Assembly (NCBI GenBank): GCA_051294905.1
Contig: CM119371.1
Coordinates: forward strand, 32,428,001 to 32,492,000
Direction of reading: 5' to 3'
Source of the DNA: Botryllus schlosseri
Lineage: Eukaryota
Length of the DNA: 64,000 bases
Shown: piece after piece, positions 49,340-62,268 of the stretch
How positions within the stretch are numbered: the stretch's first letter is position 1
Layout: each line of letters starts with the position of its first letter
Program-made: the position numbers and the translations under genes
The notes under the pieces: generated by a model
Seen by the model: only the letters and a program-made list of their open reading frames with translations
Database searches by the model: none
Told to the model about the DNA's origin: nothing

Positions 49340-50603
49340 CAGGGCTTTGGAGCAGCCGTAAATTTTAACTGCTCCAGCTCCGGTTCCGGAGCTCTCTTCT
49401 ATCATACATTAGCTCCGGCTCCAGCTCCGGAGCCGCATTATAACCACTGCTCCGGCTCCAGCTCCGGCTCCGGCTCCAAAATTATCGAATGGTCCTGTCT
49501 ATATCAGGGGTCTGAGGGGTGGCCCGCAAATGTGGCCCGCGAGAGGGTTTAGCGTGACCCGCGAGGTAATGTCCTATTATATTATCGAAAATGAATTGCT
49601 CAGATTGTGAACTTGCAATGCCAAGCAAAAATTATAATTGTGACTGCAACACTTGGGATGTTGATGACTAAAATATCAGTTCCGACGCATTGGCAGATCC
49701 AGGGTCCAGTCACATTTTGAGTAAATCGTCGCACATTACAATAAACTAAAATAGTAGCGAAATTTTTCTTCACGCTTCGCGTGTTTAATTGTCACACGAT
49801 TTCTTGCTTGGTAGCCTACCCCTACTGAAAATGAAAAAAAAACGCCTAATTTACCCGATTGAGTCTAAATGTATTCGCAATTACGGAAGAAAGTCTTTTC
49901 GCGTTTGCGCTCGCATAAAATCGTCGACGGTGAAATGTAGGCACAAAATGATAGTCGCATATTATCGGAGACCTTCGATATTGATGTGACCAGACGCCGA
50001 CTAGTCGTGTCCTTGCAAACTGAGCCTAGCGGGTGGTATACAATAGACCAGCAATACTCACCTAGTTTATTAATAAACTTAGAAAATTTTACCCGCTTGG
50101 CGTGGCTAGTGGACCGCGCACTCGTTCGTCTATTTCATGTGGCTCTTTAGCCGAAACGGTTGGCCATTCCTGGTCTATATAGAATACTAATCTACTAATA
50201 GGTTAGTTAGCTATAGTAATCTAGAGTCCGTCAGCCGTCAATAACATCCGATGTAACAACAAAGACATATAGGTGCCACCGTGCCGGCTTGTGACTTCAT
50301 ACTGAATACTTGTCAATTGTCGACAACATCATAGTTGCAATAGAACGCAATTTACTCCATGCCATTGCCGTGCACAGCATTAAAATTCATGCCTGGTGTT
50401 CAATTATGATAAATCAGCAGATGTGGTTGTTGCATATATAATAGCATCTTATGAAATAGGTCGGAGCCGGAGTTACTCCTCAAATAACGAGCTCCAGCTC
50501 CGGCTACGGCTCCGGCTTGATTTTATGTAGAGCTCCGGCTCCGATGAAAACGCTCGGCTCCGGGGCTCCGGCTCCGGGCTCCAGCTCCGGCTCCAAAGCC
50601 CTG
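49340..50603. mobile_element. hAT-type MITE with (GCTCCG)n subterminal repeats
   Basis: CAGGGCTTTGGAGC / GCTCCAAAGCCCTG, TSD ATATGGAC/GTATGGAC. Confidence 0.85.
49505..50172. mobile_element. Nested hAT MITE
   Basis: CAGGGG...TTCCTG with perfect TSD GTCTATAT. Family members at ~14740, ~30412 and ~57280. Confidence 0.8.
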
Positions 50604-51553
50604 GTATGGACCATTGAACGTATACGTATAGTATCAATATATCGAAGTTTTCGGTGAGAACAAGGGCATTCCTTTTCGGCCAAGGTCGTCTATCTGCTGA
50701 TCGTTCTGGCACACTTCTCGGAGTCGCATGTTACATGGCCTATAACTTCATATGTGTCGGTGCGTCGTGGCGCAGTAATCTCCGACGCCGAAGTATCCAT
50801 TTCCAAAAATCTTTCGTATTTTTGTTGGGGTAAGGGTACCCCAAAACCAAGAGATATGACTAGGCAATATTAAATCACGCACAGTGCCAAAATTCTTTGA
50901 AAAAGTCAAGTTCGCGTTCGAGTCCGCCTCTTCCAATCAGGAATTGGGGGGAGCGGCAGTTACGGTCCTGACTCCAATATAGACGTTTTAACGCGCTATC
51001 TCCCCTATCTCCCCCGTCGTTCGTTTTCGCCCCCCAGCCCTATCGCCCCCTAGACCGCCAAATCGCCCCCTGGGGGCGATATCGCCCACGTTGGGAACCA
51101 CTGCATTGAGACATATGCCATAAAACCTTGACCCAAAATGACCGTTGCTAGTTGGCCAATGTCTTCAATATTGATATGTCCGGTTTAGAAATGGTCGGCA
51201 CCGAATATATCGTCTTGTCCTTGCAATCTTGTCCCGGTACTACAAAATTGGCCATCAGAGAAAAATATTGCATACCGATTTTAAGTTGCGCGCACTATAC
51301 ATGTTTCACAGAGCTGCGACTTGGTGTTCGCGCCTTTGTATTCCATGCATGCCAGTAAATACGTAACACACTGACATTAAATGCAATCACGTGGAGGCGT
51401 GAGGCTCGGGTCACGAGAGATTTGAGTCGGTCCAGAAAGTTTGAGAACCCGAGTCATATGAGGGGACGGTGTCTTGTGACGTCACAATCAACCCGCAGCG
51501 GTAACGTCATAGTCACATTAGAACGCACTTTACTCCATGTCGCCGGTGTACGT

Positions 51554-51967
51554 CAGAGATGAGCATGGATTAGGATTAGATTTTGAAAAAACAGGATTTG
51601 TGAAATTTTGCGGATTTGGATTATACATTTTCTTCAGAACGGATTAGGATTTGCATTGGATTTATCAATTTTCTGGCGGATTGAAATGTCGTGTTGCGAA
51701 TGGCGACAAACTTTATTCAGATCAGTTATTAATGTACTTAAGGTTACTAAGTTATCTTGAATCAAGTGAATCGTTGGTTGTGAAAGAAAATTTTCGGATC
51801 CCTCCATTGCATAAATTGGTATTTTTTCTGAATTTCCAGTTGGAATCGGATTAGGATTGGACATGGACTTGAATATGAAAAAGTTATGGATTAGGATTTA
51901 GATTTGGATTTGAAGGTTCGGATTTGGATTGGATTAGGACATAGAAATTTCAAATCGCTCATCTCTG
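51554..51967. mobile_element. hAT-type MITE with GGATT repeats
   Basis: CAGAGATGAGC / GCTCATCTCTG with perfect TSD GTGTACGT. Confidence 0.9.
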
Positions 51968-54889
51968 GTGTACGTGCGTACAGTAGGGATATCTAGATAT
52001 GATCCTGTTTCAGGAAATAGACCACCCTCCATGTTAGCGCAAGGATTGTGTATTTCCAGCCATGTAACAACCCTGATGTACGGGTGTCAATATACACCCA
52101 TAGCACACGAAACAAGAGCCTAACTCACACTCGAGTACAGCATTCTATTCCAAATGATGCATTCGCGTAGGTGCTTAGGAAGGTATGCACGTAGGCACGT
52201 AGGATTTATGACCGCGATGTAATTCTGTGTAAGGTTCTGTCTCCGGCCCTTTGGATGTGAATACGCTTAGAGTGTATAGTTTTATGGGTCTAAAAACGAA
52301 CGAAGTTGAATTTAGATAGTAAAGTCAATCTCATCATCAAAATACTGGCACAGTCGAAACTTTTTTATCGAGTACAACTGATATTGACGCGCCTGGAGTC
52401 ATGGCTTGAATCGATTACCGTTTTCTGAATGACCTGACTTGAATCCACTGAATCCAATTCACTCCACTGAAATGAATTAACTTGACTTGAATTCTACGCA
52501 TGCATATTATCGAATGATTCATGACTTGAGCGCGAATTTTTAATAAGTCTTTCAAGTCAACAACTATTCAGCCTCGCAAAACCTCTCGATCAATGGGCAT
52601 GCTATAATCCTTTATTCACTGGATTCGACTTCCGTTTACGGTTTGGATGTGGTAAGTTCGATCAGCATGTAGCGACATCTCATATAAAGGAAACGACATC
52701 GGCATGCTAGGAAAAGCCACAATAACTGTTTTCACAGGCACTAAAATATCATAAAATCCAAAACTAAATATATTCAATCAGATGGATAAGAAGGGAAGTT
52801 TTTCTATCTTGACAATTTCTAAGAAATCTGATTACGATTTAATATTTTCTCAACAAAAGTTTCTCTTTCACATAAACATGTAATCGGCTCTGCCTCTTTA
52901 GCATAAAGCTTGCATCCATCCTGCATTGTTTTCTCAATGAACATTACTTTCACGGAATTATGCCACTTTGGATATCGCATACCTTATTTTCAGCATTATC
53001 ATTCCATTATACGCATAGAAAAGTATATTACAGCAGACCAGATTCATTTAGACACCGAGTGACGTATTGTACTACCACGGAAGGATCCAGGTTAAAACCA
53101 ATCATACCTGACTATCGATACATAAACTTCTCAACCTCTCTCATACTGGGAGACTTATGGTTAGCTATCAAGGTTACAAAATATTCCAAAGACTAGTGAA
53201 TTAGACAGCGAATACACGCCGCGCACAATATGTGCAATATTGTCCACACCGACTTGCACAAATTACTGGATTTCCAAAAAGCGCAACTAAAATTACTACT
53301 ACAACTAATCAAATTTGGAAACCAGCAACTAGAACTAAATATAGAACTACTCACTTTTCAAACCACGCAACCACACTAGAACTAAAACTAATCTCTTTTC
53401 GAAGCCCGTAGCTAGAACCAGATCTAGCTAGAACTAACGACCGTGCAAAATTAATCGACCGCAGAATACAGAGCAACATTTTGACTTGACCCGCGAAACT
53501 ATTCACTGCTTCTCATTCTCTGAAAGATAATTTCATTTTACGAAGGGACACATTGATTTTTATTTAATCGGAAATACTATACACAGAATCGTCATTTCAA
53601 AAGGAAGTGTTTCGACTTTGGAATGGGAGAGATTTTGACCCCCAAACCCAACCGCTGGCTACGACACTGTCAGCAGTGATGGCTTTGAGCTATCAATGGC
53701 TGCATAAACATCATTCAACATATCACCGGTATCTCGGATCACGCAAAACGACAACACGTGCATGCTAGTTTTTTGGCAACTAATATTTCTTCAAATGTGA
53801 AACCAGAACTAGAACTATAGAACTACTCACTTTTCAATATCTGCATTAAGAAATAGAACCACTCCATTTTCAAATTCCGAAACTGGAATTAGAACTTCAG
53901 AACTACTCAGTTTTTAAAATCGGCAACTGGAAATAGGTCTAGCTAGAGCTACTCAAAACACCGATAGTTATAGTTGAACGGCAACCAACTAAATGAGTAG
54001 TGTGTACAAGCTTGATTCAACAGTTTAACCATGACTTAACCCTCAAGTAATAGAAAATAAATTAGTATTTCGACAAATACGAATCCGGGCTGCATCGTAT
54101 ATTAAATTCGAGTACATTTCATAGTCGAAATACCGGTACGCTATATGATCCTTTTTTCCAGCCACATATGATACTGACATGATTTTTGATAAACAATGTT
54201 CTGTCAAATTCTACACTGGTTTCTGAAGATTATCCCTGGCGCGTGTGCTATTATGTATATGGTTATTTTAGAAGATATCAGGCACAATGGGCATGTTTCA
54301 TCATAGGATACGTATCACGGTACTATTAGCACACATTCCCGATGCGATAAACAAGATTCTATAATCGTAATCGCGCTATCTTCCCAATGTAAAATATACC
54401 GCAGAGCAAGCTATCAGGAAAGCTGGGTTAGCCTGACTAATGCTGACTATGAGCTTCTCATAATACTCACGGTCAGATAGACTACCGATATCGTCGCTAA
54501 TACCGTTAACATGCATAGCGAGCTTTTACATCGATTTTGCAAGTCCCGCGACGATGCATGAAACGGACTGAAGCCGGATGTAATTTAATGCTAAACCCCC
54601 ATGCACGAATCGCGTGAACGCGCTGCGCGTATACAGCTCTGAAAATGCTGATAAATCAATGGCCAGTTCCCTGAGCAATGAATACTTTTTATAGTGATAT
54701 ACGTGTGGCGATCAACCATTTTTAAAGTGATCTTTTTATATTGTGTTGTGCCTACAACTGTTGCAACTTACTTTTATTCCTAAGTATATGACAAGAGAAT
54801 CATATTAAAATCATAGTTGAAATTTGAACTATGTCTTGTTTGCCTTTAAATTGTTATTGCAAACACTCTATATACATAAATTTATTCGC

Positions 54890-55500
54890 AAAAACATTAA
54901 ATATATTGCACCGTGTTCACTTGAGATACTGAATCACATGATCCAACACGCATTCATTAGTAACTATTTCTGCTGTACTAAAATGACAATCATTTGTAAT
55001 ATAACGTTACAGATTTGCACTTTGCCGTACATGGGCGACTCGAAACAGTGCATTAAATAATGCTCGTAGGTATCGGGCTACAAACATTGTCCACACAAAG
55101 GGAAAACAGTAGATAAAATCTTATGTAGGTGATAAATGAGGCGACAATAATATGACAATCAAAATTGTTGCAAAGTAATATTCATAGAATGTACAATACA
55201 TCCAAAATCAAGCCATATTTTCTGCGTGTAACGCTTATTGGATATAGTCCGCAACAACAGTGACCTTGAACATGTAAAAACAATCGCAGGATTTTTGCAA
55301 TAAATTCAACAAAAACTACATATACATCAATAGATAGCTCTGGCACCGTGTCGACGTAACATCATACCTTTTGCGGCCCATTTATTGAAGGGGTAATAAT
55401 TTGCGCTGCAGTAACGTGCAAATGTGAGTTTGTCATGTTGTTACTCCTATCCTCGTGCTTCGTTATAATTAATCGTTATTACGAGAATGTATTGATAATT
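54890..55500 (-). mobile_element. Degraded I-group LINE 3' part
   Basis: LCGQCL*PDTYEHYLMHC CCHC motif, homologous to 59400-59640. The upstream boundary is approximate. Confidence 0.6.
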
Positions 55501-56587
55501 CTACGTCTGAAAAATTAACAATTATTTACGATCTTCCTCCGCACTCTTTCGGATTTTACCTCGCACCACCTTTGTCATTCGCACTACAAATTCCCAGTGA
55601 AACGAGGGCAAAGGAGATGCCCTTTCAATGCGTAACCTGATGACCTAGATAGGTAGTCAAATACTTTTCATTATCTCTGTTGGCTCGTGGGGATGCAATG
55701 TTCTTTGCAAAAAAAGTGCAGTTGATGCTCAAAAAGGTTGAAAGGATTTCTTTTAAACGTGTCGCAAATATCAGATTTTCAATTGCGAGCCTTAGCCGGG
55801 CTACTTATATGAACGGTGCATATTTTATCGAACGTACACAGAAGACTGGATGTCTTGAACATAAAAGGTATGAACAAACTGGATATTGTTAAGTTCAATT
55901 TACTAGTACCATTACGAATACATCGCAAGAAATCATTATACATTTGACAACAGCATTGTGCCATGGACGTTTTTTGTAGAAAGTTGTACGATACCGAGGT
56001 CGAGTGCTTATTTAGAGGCGGAAGAACCAGATCTCCTTCTGCGTAGGAACATATTTCTTAACTTCACTCCTAACATTGAATAACTACCTTCTAATGAGGT
56101 TAACGTATTTCATTTATGTAATCTTTCCTCGGAGAGAGAAGGGTTCCCAACCCCTGGGTTGAGAGAGTTGGATATCGTATTTAACACACTGAACGAGTCT
56201 GAAAGAATAGCATATTTCTCTTCTTTGCATCCATTATCGGACAGCAAGGACAATGCACGAAGAATCGCTTAGCATGTCAGTTTCTACTAATCTGTACCGA
56301 GCGAGAGATGATGTAAAAATCGTAGACGGTCGCTAATGAGGTCTTGGACCTATCGGTATATATCTCGATAGCTGTGTCGTGACATTCAAAGATATAGTCA
56401 TGGAAACATGCTTTTATGACATCTTGGGTAACATTTACTGGGTGTAAACATAGCAGTTGCGTATTGGCGATTGGTGGGGTTGATATTGAGTGAGGGTCTT
56501 CTTCACAGAAGCTAAATCAGCGGCCTTGTCTGCCCCTAATCGTCAGCTCCCTGAGGTGACCATCGGAGACGCTAAGTCTCTTGTACG

Positions 56588-57032
56588 TAAGGTTGCATTT
56601 AAGACAAACGGTGTTTTAAAAGACTTTGTTTAAAACATGTTTTAATCAGTGTTTTAAAACGAGGCCTTTTTAAAAAACATTTTTTTTTATTGAAGTTGTA
56701 AAATTATGCCATAATTGTGAAAATACTTTACAAAAATATGTTGTATACGGCAACAGGCAATTGCCACCCAATGCAGCCGATGTATATAGAAATGGGATGA
56801 TTGGAACACTCAAAATAGTTGGTTCAATAGCAATAGTACATATATTTCGTCAAAAGAGCTATTTTTACCCTGTTTTTTTAATTGTCAATGTCAATCCAAT
56901 ATGACGTCAGAATTGAATATTCGTGCCGCCAAGACTAAACAAATAAAAAATAATAAAAAAAGATGTTTTAAATTACGGCCTTGTTTTAAACATGTTTGTT
57001 TTAAATTGATTTTTGTTTTAAATGCAACCATA
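56588..57032. mobile_element. MITE with 8-bp TSD
   Basis: TAAGGTTGCATTTAA / TTAAATGCAACCATA, TSD CTTGTACG/CTTGTCCG. Confidence 0.75.
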
Positions 57033-57089
57033 CTTGTCCGTCAATATTCGCGAACTCTCTGGCAGTAGCTGTACGTTCGTTGAGGTAAA

Positions 57090-57279
57090 GGGATGCATTA
57101 TAAGCGCAGGCTTAACGCTCATTTGTTTAGAATAGGATGTTCAGATACTCAGATCTGTCTTCATTGCAATATCGCCGAAACCGTCGCCATTTTCTACTAA
57201 ATTGTGCAAGATATGATTTTCAACGGTCCTTTCTCATTGATTCCTGCCATAATCATGACATCCCATTCACGACTTATAA
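57090..57279 (+). mobile_element. I-group LINE 3' fragment
   Basis: RLNAHLFRIGCSDTQICLHCNIAETV / HFLLNCARY across a frameshift. Confidence 0.65.
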
Positions 57280-59394
57280 CAGGGGCGGCCAACCCGTGGC
57301 CCGCGAGTATGTTTTGAGTGGACCACGAGATAATTTTCGAAATTAGTTATATTATAGAAAAATATATCACCCAGAGGATGTTTTTGAACTTGCAAGGCCA
57401 ACCAAATATTTGATAAACTTAACTACGAAATTTGGGATGTTGATGAATAAAATTTCAGTTCCGACGCATTTGCGTAGCCAGGGGCCAGCCACACTTTCTT
57501 AGCAATTCGCACCATTTATTGTCACTCCATTTCTTGCTTTCAGTGTTGGTAACTCTCCTGAAAATTAAAAAAATTACATATACGCCCAATTTCTAGCATT
57601 TAGTCTAACTATATTCGCCGTTATAAGGGAACGGTCGTACAACATTCGACTTCGCACCTGCACTCGCAGAAAGATCGTCGTCGATGAAAACTTTGATGAC
57701 AAGTCTTAATCGCTCCTATCGAACGACTAAAAATTGTAATCAACATTCACGCGCGCAATGGTTCCGGTATCTCACGTAGCCCTTTGGCCTTCCCATTGAC
57801 TTGATATTTTAATAGGCATTTCAGTGTACATTATGATTTCATTTCATTTTATAGATTGGACGATGCTCATCATAGTCTATTTAACATGTGATCATGCGAC
57901 ACCGTAGCGCACGGAACATTGCCATGTGCATTGAAATTAGATCTGCTGTTCAGAAAGTCACATGTACATGCACATTTAAGTGTCTCATACTCAAATGTCA
58001 GCTGACTTCGTGGTGTATGGTTAATTTCCAAGCACCAATTCTTTCGGTATGTCTGTATCTAGTAGAACTTGGCATGAATGTTATATTATTAAATGTAAGT
58101 ATAATTTTTGAACTTGTGCAATGATTGTGGGCTGTCATTAAATCAATAGACGAAGTATGTTTGTTTACTCCGTGCACGTTTTCTAACTGACTAGGAGCTT
58201 ATATAACTCAATATTAATTTTATTGAAACTCATAACATTGGAAAGTTCTATTCGAACTGTGTTTTATATATATGCAATGAGTTCTTTTGTAACTTTTACA
58301 GCTGATTAGGAGCTGGCATTGAATTTATTTTGCGTTTTATGTATTTGCTATGACAGGTCTTCTCAATTTCCACTGTTTTTTGTATGCCTTGTACCTCATG
58401 ATGAATTTCAACACGACACATCATGATGACGTAATGATCGGTTAATATATCTGTCAGACGTCAACAATGCTTCAAGTGACGGCAGGGTTAATAGCGGTTG
58501 TAAGCTGTAGTACAGAAATGATTATGCAGCTGAAACGCGATAATTGTTTCTTTTGAAGAATCAATTTGACATCAAATGCGCATAACATGCAGATCGATCT
58601 CATCCGATTTTGTTCACTGGGTGGCACAATTGAGAGGATTTCTGTACTTGATATGGACTAACCACAATGTCTTCAATAATTTAAAAAACTACAGCTATTT
58701 AAGTAGGAAATCAGGTAGTTGAACAGTCGGATGGTATTCGGATTCAATTGCGGATTTTGTTTCGGATATTTTCGAATAGTTGTAACTTTTGCTGCCGGGT
58801 ATTTGTGGATAGTTCTGACCGACTATTTCGACTATTGATTTCAAGTTCTAAAAAAATCGTCCGCTCGAAAAGCAAACACGGACAGTAAACACCTTCTGAT
58901 AGCACTGGTAGCACTCTTAATTTGTTCTGCTTAAGGTCCGAGCAAATATAAATCTGCTAACCAAAACCTAAGCCTTTGTAAAGACCATACCATGCCGAGA
59001 TGTACAATTAAGATCCTTCGCAAAAGTTATTCGATTCGGACTTTTTCGGACTCTGGACGGCATTATTCGGATTCGAGTGGACTTTTGATTCAGATTGTTC
59101 GCATTCGGACGGATAAAGTTCCTCTTATACTCGAGCTCTTGCACTGATTTGGATTATCAGAAATCGATACCTGCTCATCACTGGATCACACACGATACAA
59201 CTGCTGACACTTTATTAGGCGTTCGATTGCCGAAGCTGCTGGATGCCAAACCCGCAGATACAACATGAAACATCACTACTGAAAAGTCACAGGTAGTATA
59301 TGACTAGAGAATCATATTGAAATCATAGATGTCCTTGGAAATTTGATCTGATTGCCTTTAAATTAACATAGCAAACGGTATATATATAAATTCC

Positions 59395-59900
59395 TCAACA
59401 TAAACAGTAAATAACGCGCCGTGTTCTTTTGACATACTGAATCACATGCTCCAACATACCCTCATCTATTACTAATTCTGCGGCACTAAAATGACTATCA
59501 TTGTCATATAGGGTTTCAGATTCGCACTTCGCCGTACATACTCGAAACAGTGCATTAAATAATGATCGGAGGTATCGGGCTGCAAACATTGTCCACACAA
59601 ATAGGAATCAGTAGATACAATCATATGTGTGATAATTGTGTGATAATTGAACCGACAATAGCCTGGTGTCAAACGAAACAGCCTCAAAGTGATATTTGTA
59701 CAATGAACATCGCGCATAGAATTGTCTCGATGATTGATATCATCGCAAGTAATAGTGAGGTATATTTGAAAACCAATGTCGTGTGCCGGAAACTTCTTTA
59801 TGCCAATCTTGTATCCAAAGTTTTGGTGGAAAATTTCGTCATGCGCCACCGGCGACTGTCACACCATATCCGAGTCTACAAAAAGTAGCCATGCTAATAT
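59395..59900 (-). mobile_element. Degraded I-group LINE 3' part (RNase H end plus CCHC)
   Basis: KFPAHDIG (similar to WVPxHxG), RLTPGYCRFNYH, LCGQCLQPDTSDHYLMHC and VIQYVKRTRR. Confidence 0.65.
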
Positions 59901-60965
59901 GCGAAACCTGATTCATAGGGTACTAAAACTCGTACAACATCAGAACGTAGATACGCAGGAAAAAGACGGTATAATATGATAACAAGTTGAATAATAGTAT
60001 TATCATAAAATGCATGCACATGTTTGTCCGTTGGTCTTTATAAATGACTAATCTTGAACATTTTTACAGTAATTTTGAATAAACGTGCATATTTATTGTC
60101 TTGAAATGTGGTGTAGGCGCTGTGTGGCAGTAATGTATCGGTGTACGTGAGGGAATCTAGAAATTATTGTAAGTTTGGTCTGATAAAACAATTGATGCAT
60201 GTCTTCAATAACGCAGTCTTTTATCCTGATTTTCGACAGTCTGGTCAAAGTCTTCAATCAGACATGATGAATGTGTGTAGTTTTTTTTATTACGCCGATC
60301 TAGCTGGAAACGTACTGTTTTACACAACTTGCAAGTGGCCCTATCGAGTATTTACGAGGACCTACAGTAGATTCCGCTTAATTCGGGCATCGGATAGTCG
60401 GGAAAACCGCTTTATTCAGTCAAAATGTTCCGGTAGTGAAAATTTCAAGTGAATAACTCAGGTTAATACGGACAATGGTCCACTAATTCAGACACAGACT
60501 CCCAAATTCCTATAATTAAGTTGCACAATAAACATTATTTCGTCCGTTTCAACACAAGATAAGTGATTATTGCGATGCAATGCCGATCGATGCCGTAACA
60601 ATCGACAACGAACCCATAAAAGACTGTACCAGCTTTATAGTCGATTTCAATTCAGTACACTTGCGCGCATCTTGTAGAACTAATTGGTACATAGTTGGTA
60701 CATAACAAGTTAAAGCAGAAAAAGAGAAATTGCTCAGAGAAAAAGTGAAGATGCTTTCATTGCAGTTCGGCAGTAAAGATTCGTAGGATCGGGACATGAA
60801 AAAGGAGCCTACTAATTCAACCAGAGTTGTAATGACACTAGTACAGTGGTTCTCACTCTTTTTGTTTTCACGGACCCCTTTTGGCCGTCAGGGACCCCGC
60901 GGACCCCCAGAAGTTTTAGTTCAAAATTAGCTCAATTGTCGTGCAACCGTGATATGACTTGTGTC

Positions 60966-62268
60966 CAGAGGTGGTCAGTAACGAAGTACTTCTACTTTTT
61001 CGAAGTACTCAAGTAGTTATCCTCTTCTTATGGTACTTACTCAAGTAGATCTGATTTTCGCTACTTCTACTTCTACTTCGTAATATTTTGTGATCTACTT
61101 ACTTCTCGTCATTTTCAGTTTGTTAAGTAGAAGTAGTTCAATCTTTCAATCAGGAAGACAGCCGGAGGAATTTCGGGGCTGTTTTCACGGAGTATGAACA
61201 TTTAATTTTAATAAGAATTGAGTAAAACCAGAATTTTCGTCGCGTATCGCGCGCAGTGAATACGGAGTTACCAGTATGATTTCACGGAAGAATCGATGAA
61301 TATAATTTCGGTAGCGGGTTGGCGTGGTTCCGTTCACACAGGGATATCTGGAATTAGATATCTAGATATCTCTGCGTTCATACCACATTGTCCCCCTTCG
61401 CCCATATGAAATAATTCATCACGGTATATATGGATCATCAAAACGTTTGAAACCGATGTTTCGCAATGTAGCATTTACTTATTATATTGAAATCTAGCAT
61501 GTCCATGGCTCGTCCTAACCGGGCAAAGTGGACTCTGACATTTTTTGTTAGTTTTAGAGCTGATTTAGCATACCACCTTTGAAACTTTCTGGACCAAACG
61601 CATGAAAAACGTGTTCCGCTTTTAGAAGTAGTATTTATGTTTCATTTTCAATCCCCGGTATCATATACTTTGAGCTATAATTAAAATCAGTTATTTTGTC
61701 TGGATAACATACATGTTGAAGTATAAAAGCAACTGTACTAATGCCTTTAATTTCCGGAAATAGAGCTACACAATATCGCATTTTTACGGTCCACCATATT
61801 TTTTATTAACGTTTACTAATCGCGCAAAGTGTTTACACCGTATCCTATACAACTTCTCCGTATTGCTTTTCGACTAAACTACGGACCTTATAATATGGGG
61901 GATGGCGCCATACCATGCTATTTTCTAAAACGTGCTGTTCGAGAAAACAGAGTATAAGTATCGCATTTCCATATCAATCCTATCATTTCTTCCCATGATG
62001 TGGACGGATGCTTATGCTATCGAAAATTGGATACCTGCTGGTATGCATCAATATGAATCAAGCTCGTCACCTTTCGCATAGATCAATTTGCACCTTTTTA
62101 CAATCCATGTGAACAAATTAGGATCGTTTTCACAACTACTTACTTACTTGAGTACTTTTAAAGTCCGTCAATTCTACTTCTACTTCAAGTAGTTTCAGGG
62201 TTCTTATGGAAGAAGTACTTCTACTTGTACTTGAGTAGATTTTTTTGTCGCTACTTTGACCACCTCTG
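60966..62268. mobile_element. hAT-type MITE with AGTA/TACT repeats, nested in another MITE (~60844-63032)
   Basis: CAGAGGTGGTCA / TGACCACCTCTG, TSD CTTGTGTC/CTTGTGCC. Confidence 0.85.

Noticed and set aside
49241..50712. APAPAP/SRSRS low-complexity ORFs and the poly-Met ORF at 12090
   Set aside because: They are translations of (GCTCCG)n MITE repeats and a (GAT)n microsatellite.
52320..52700. Mitochondrial insertion suggested by TGA-rich frames
   Set aside because: No recognisable mitochondrial protein under TGA=Trp, and TAA/TAG stops remain.
54890..59640. Repeat pair 54890-55140 / 59400-59640 as a duplicated host exon
   Set aside because: Both translate to the LINE C-terminal CCHC motif, so they are two LINE copies.
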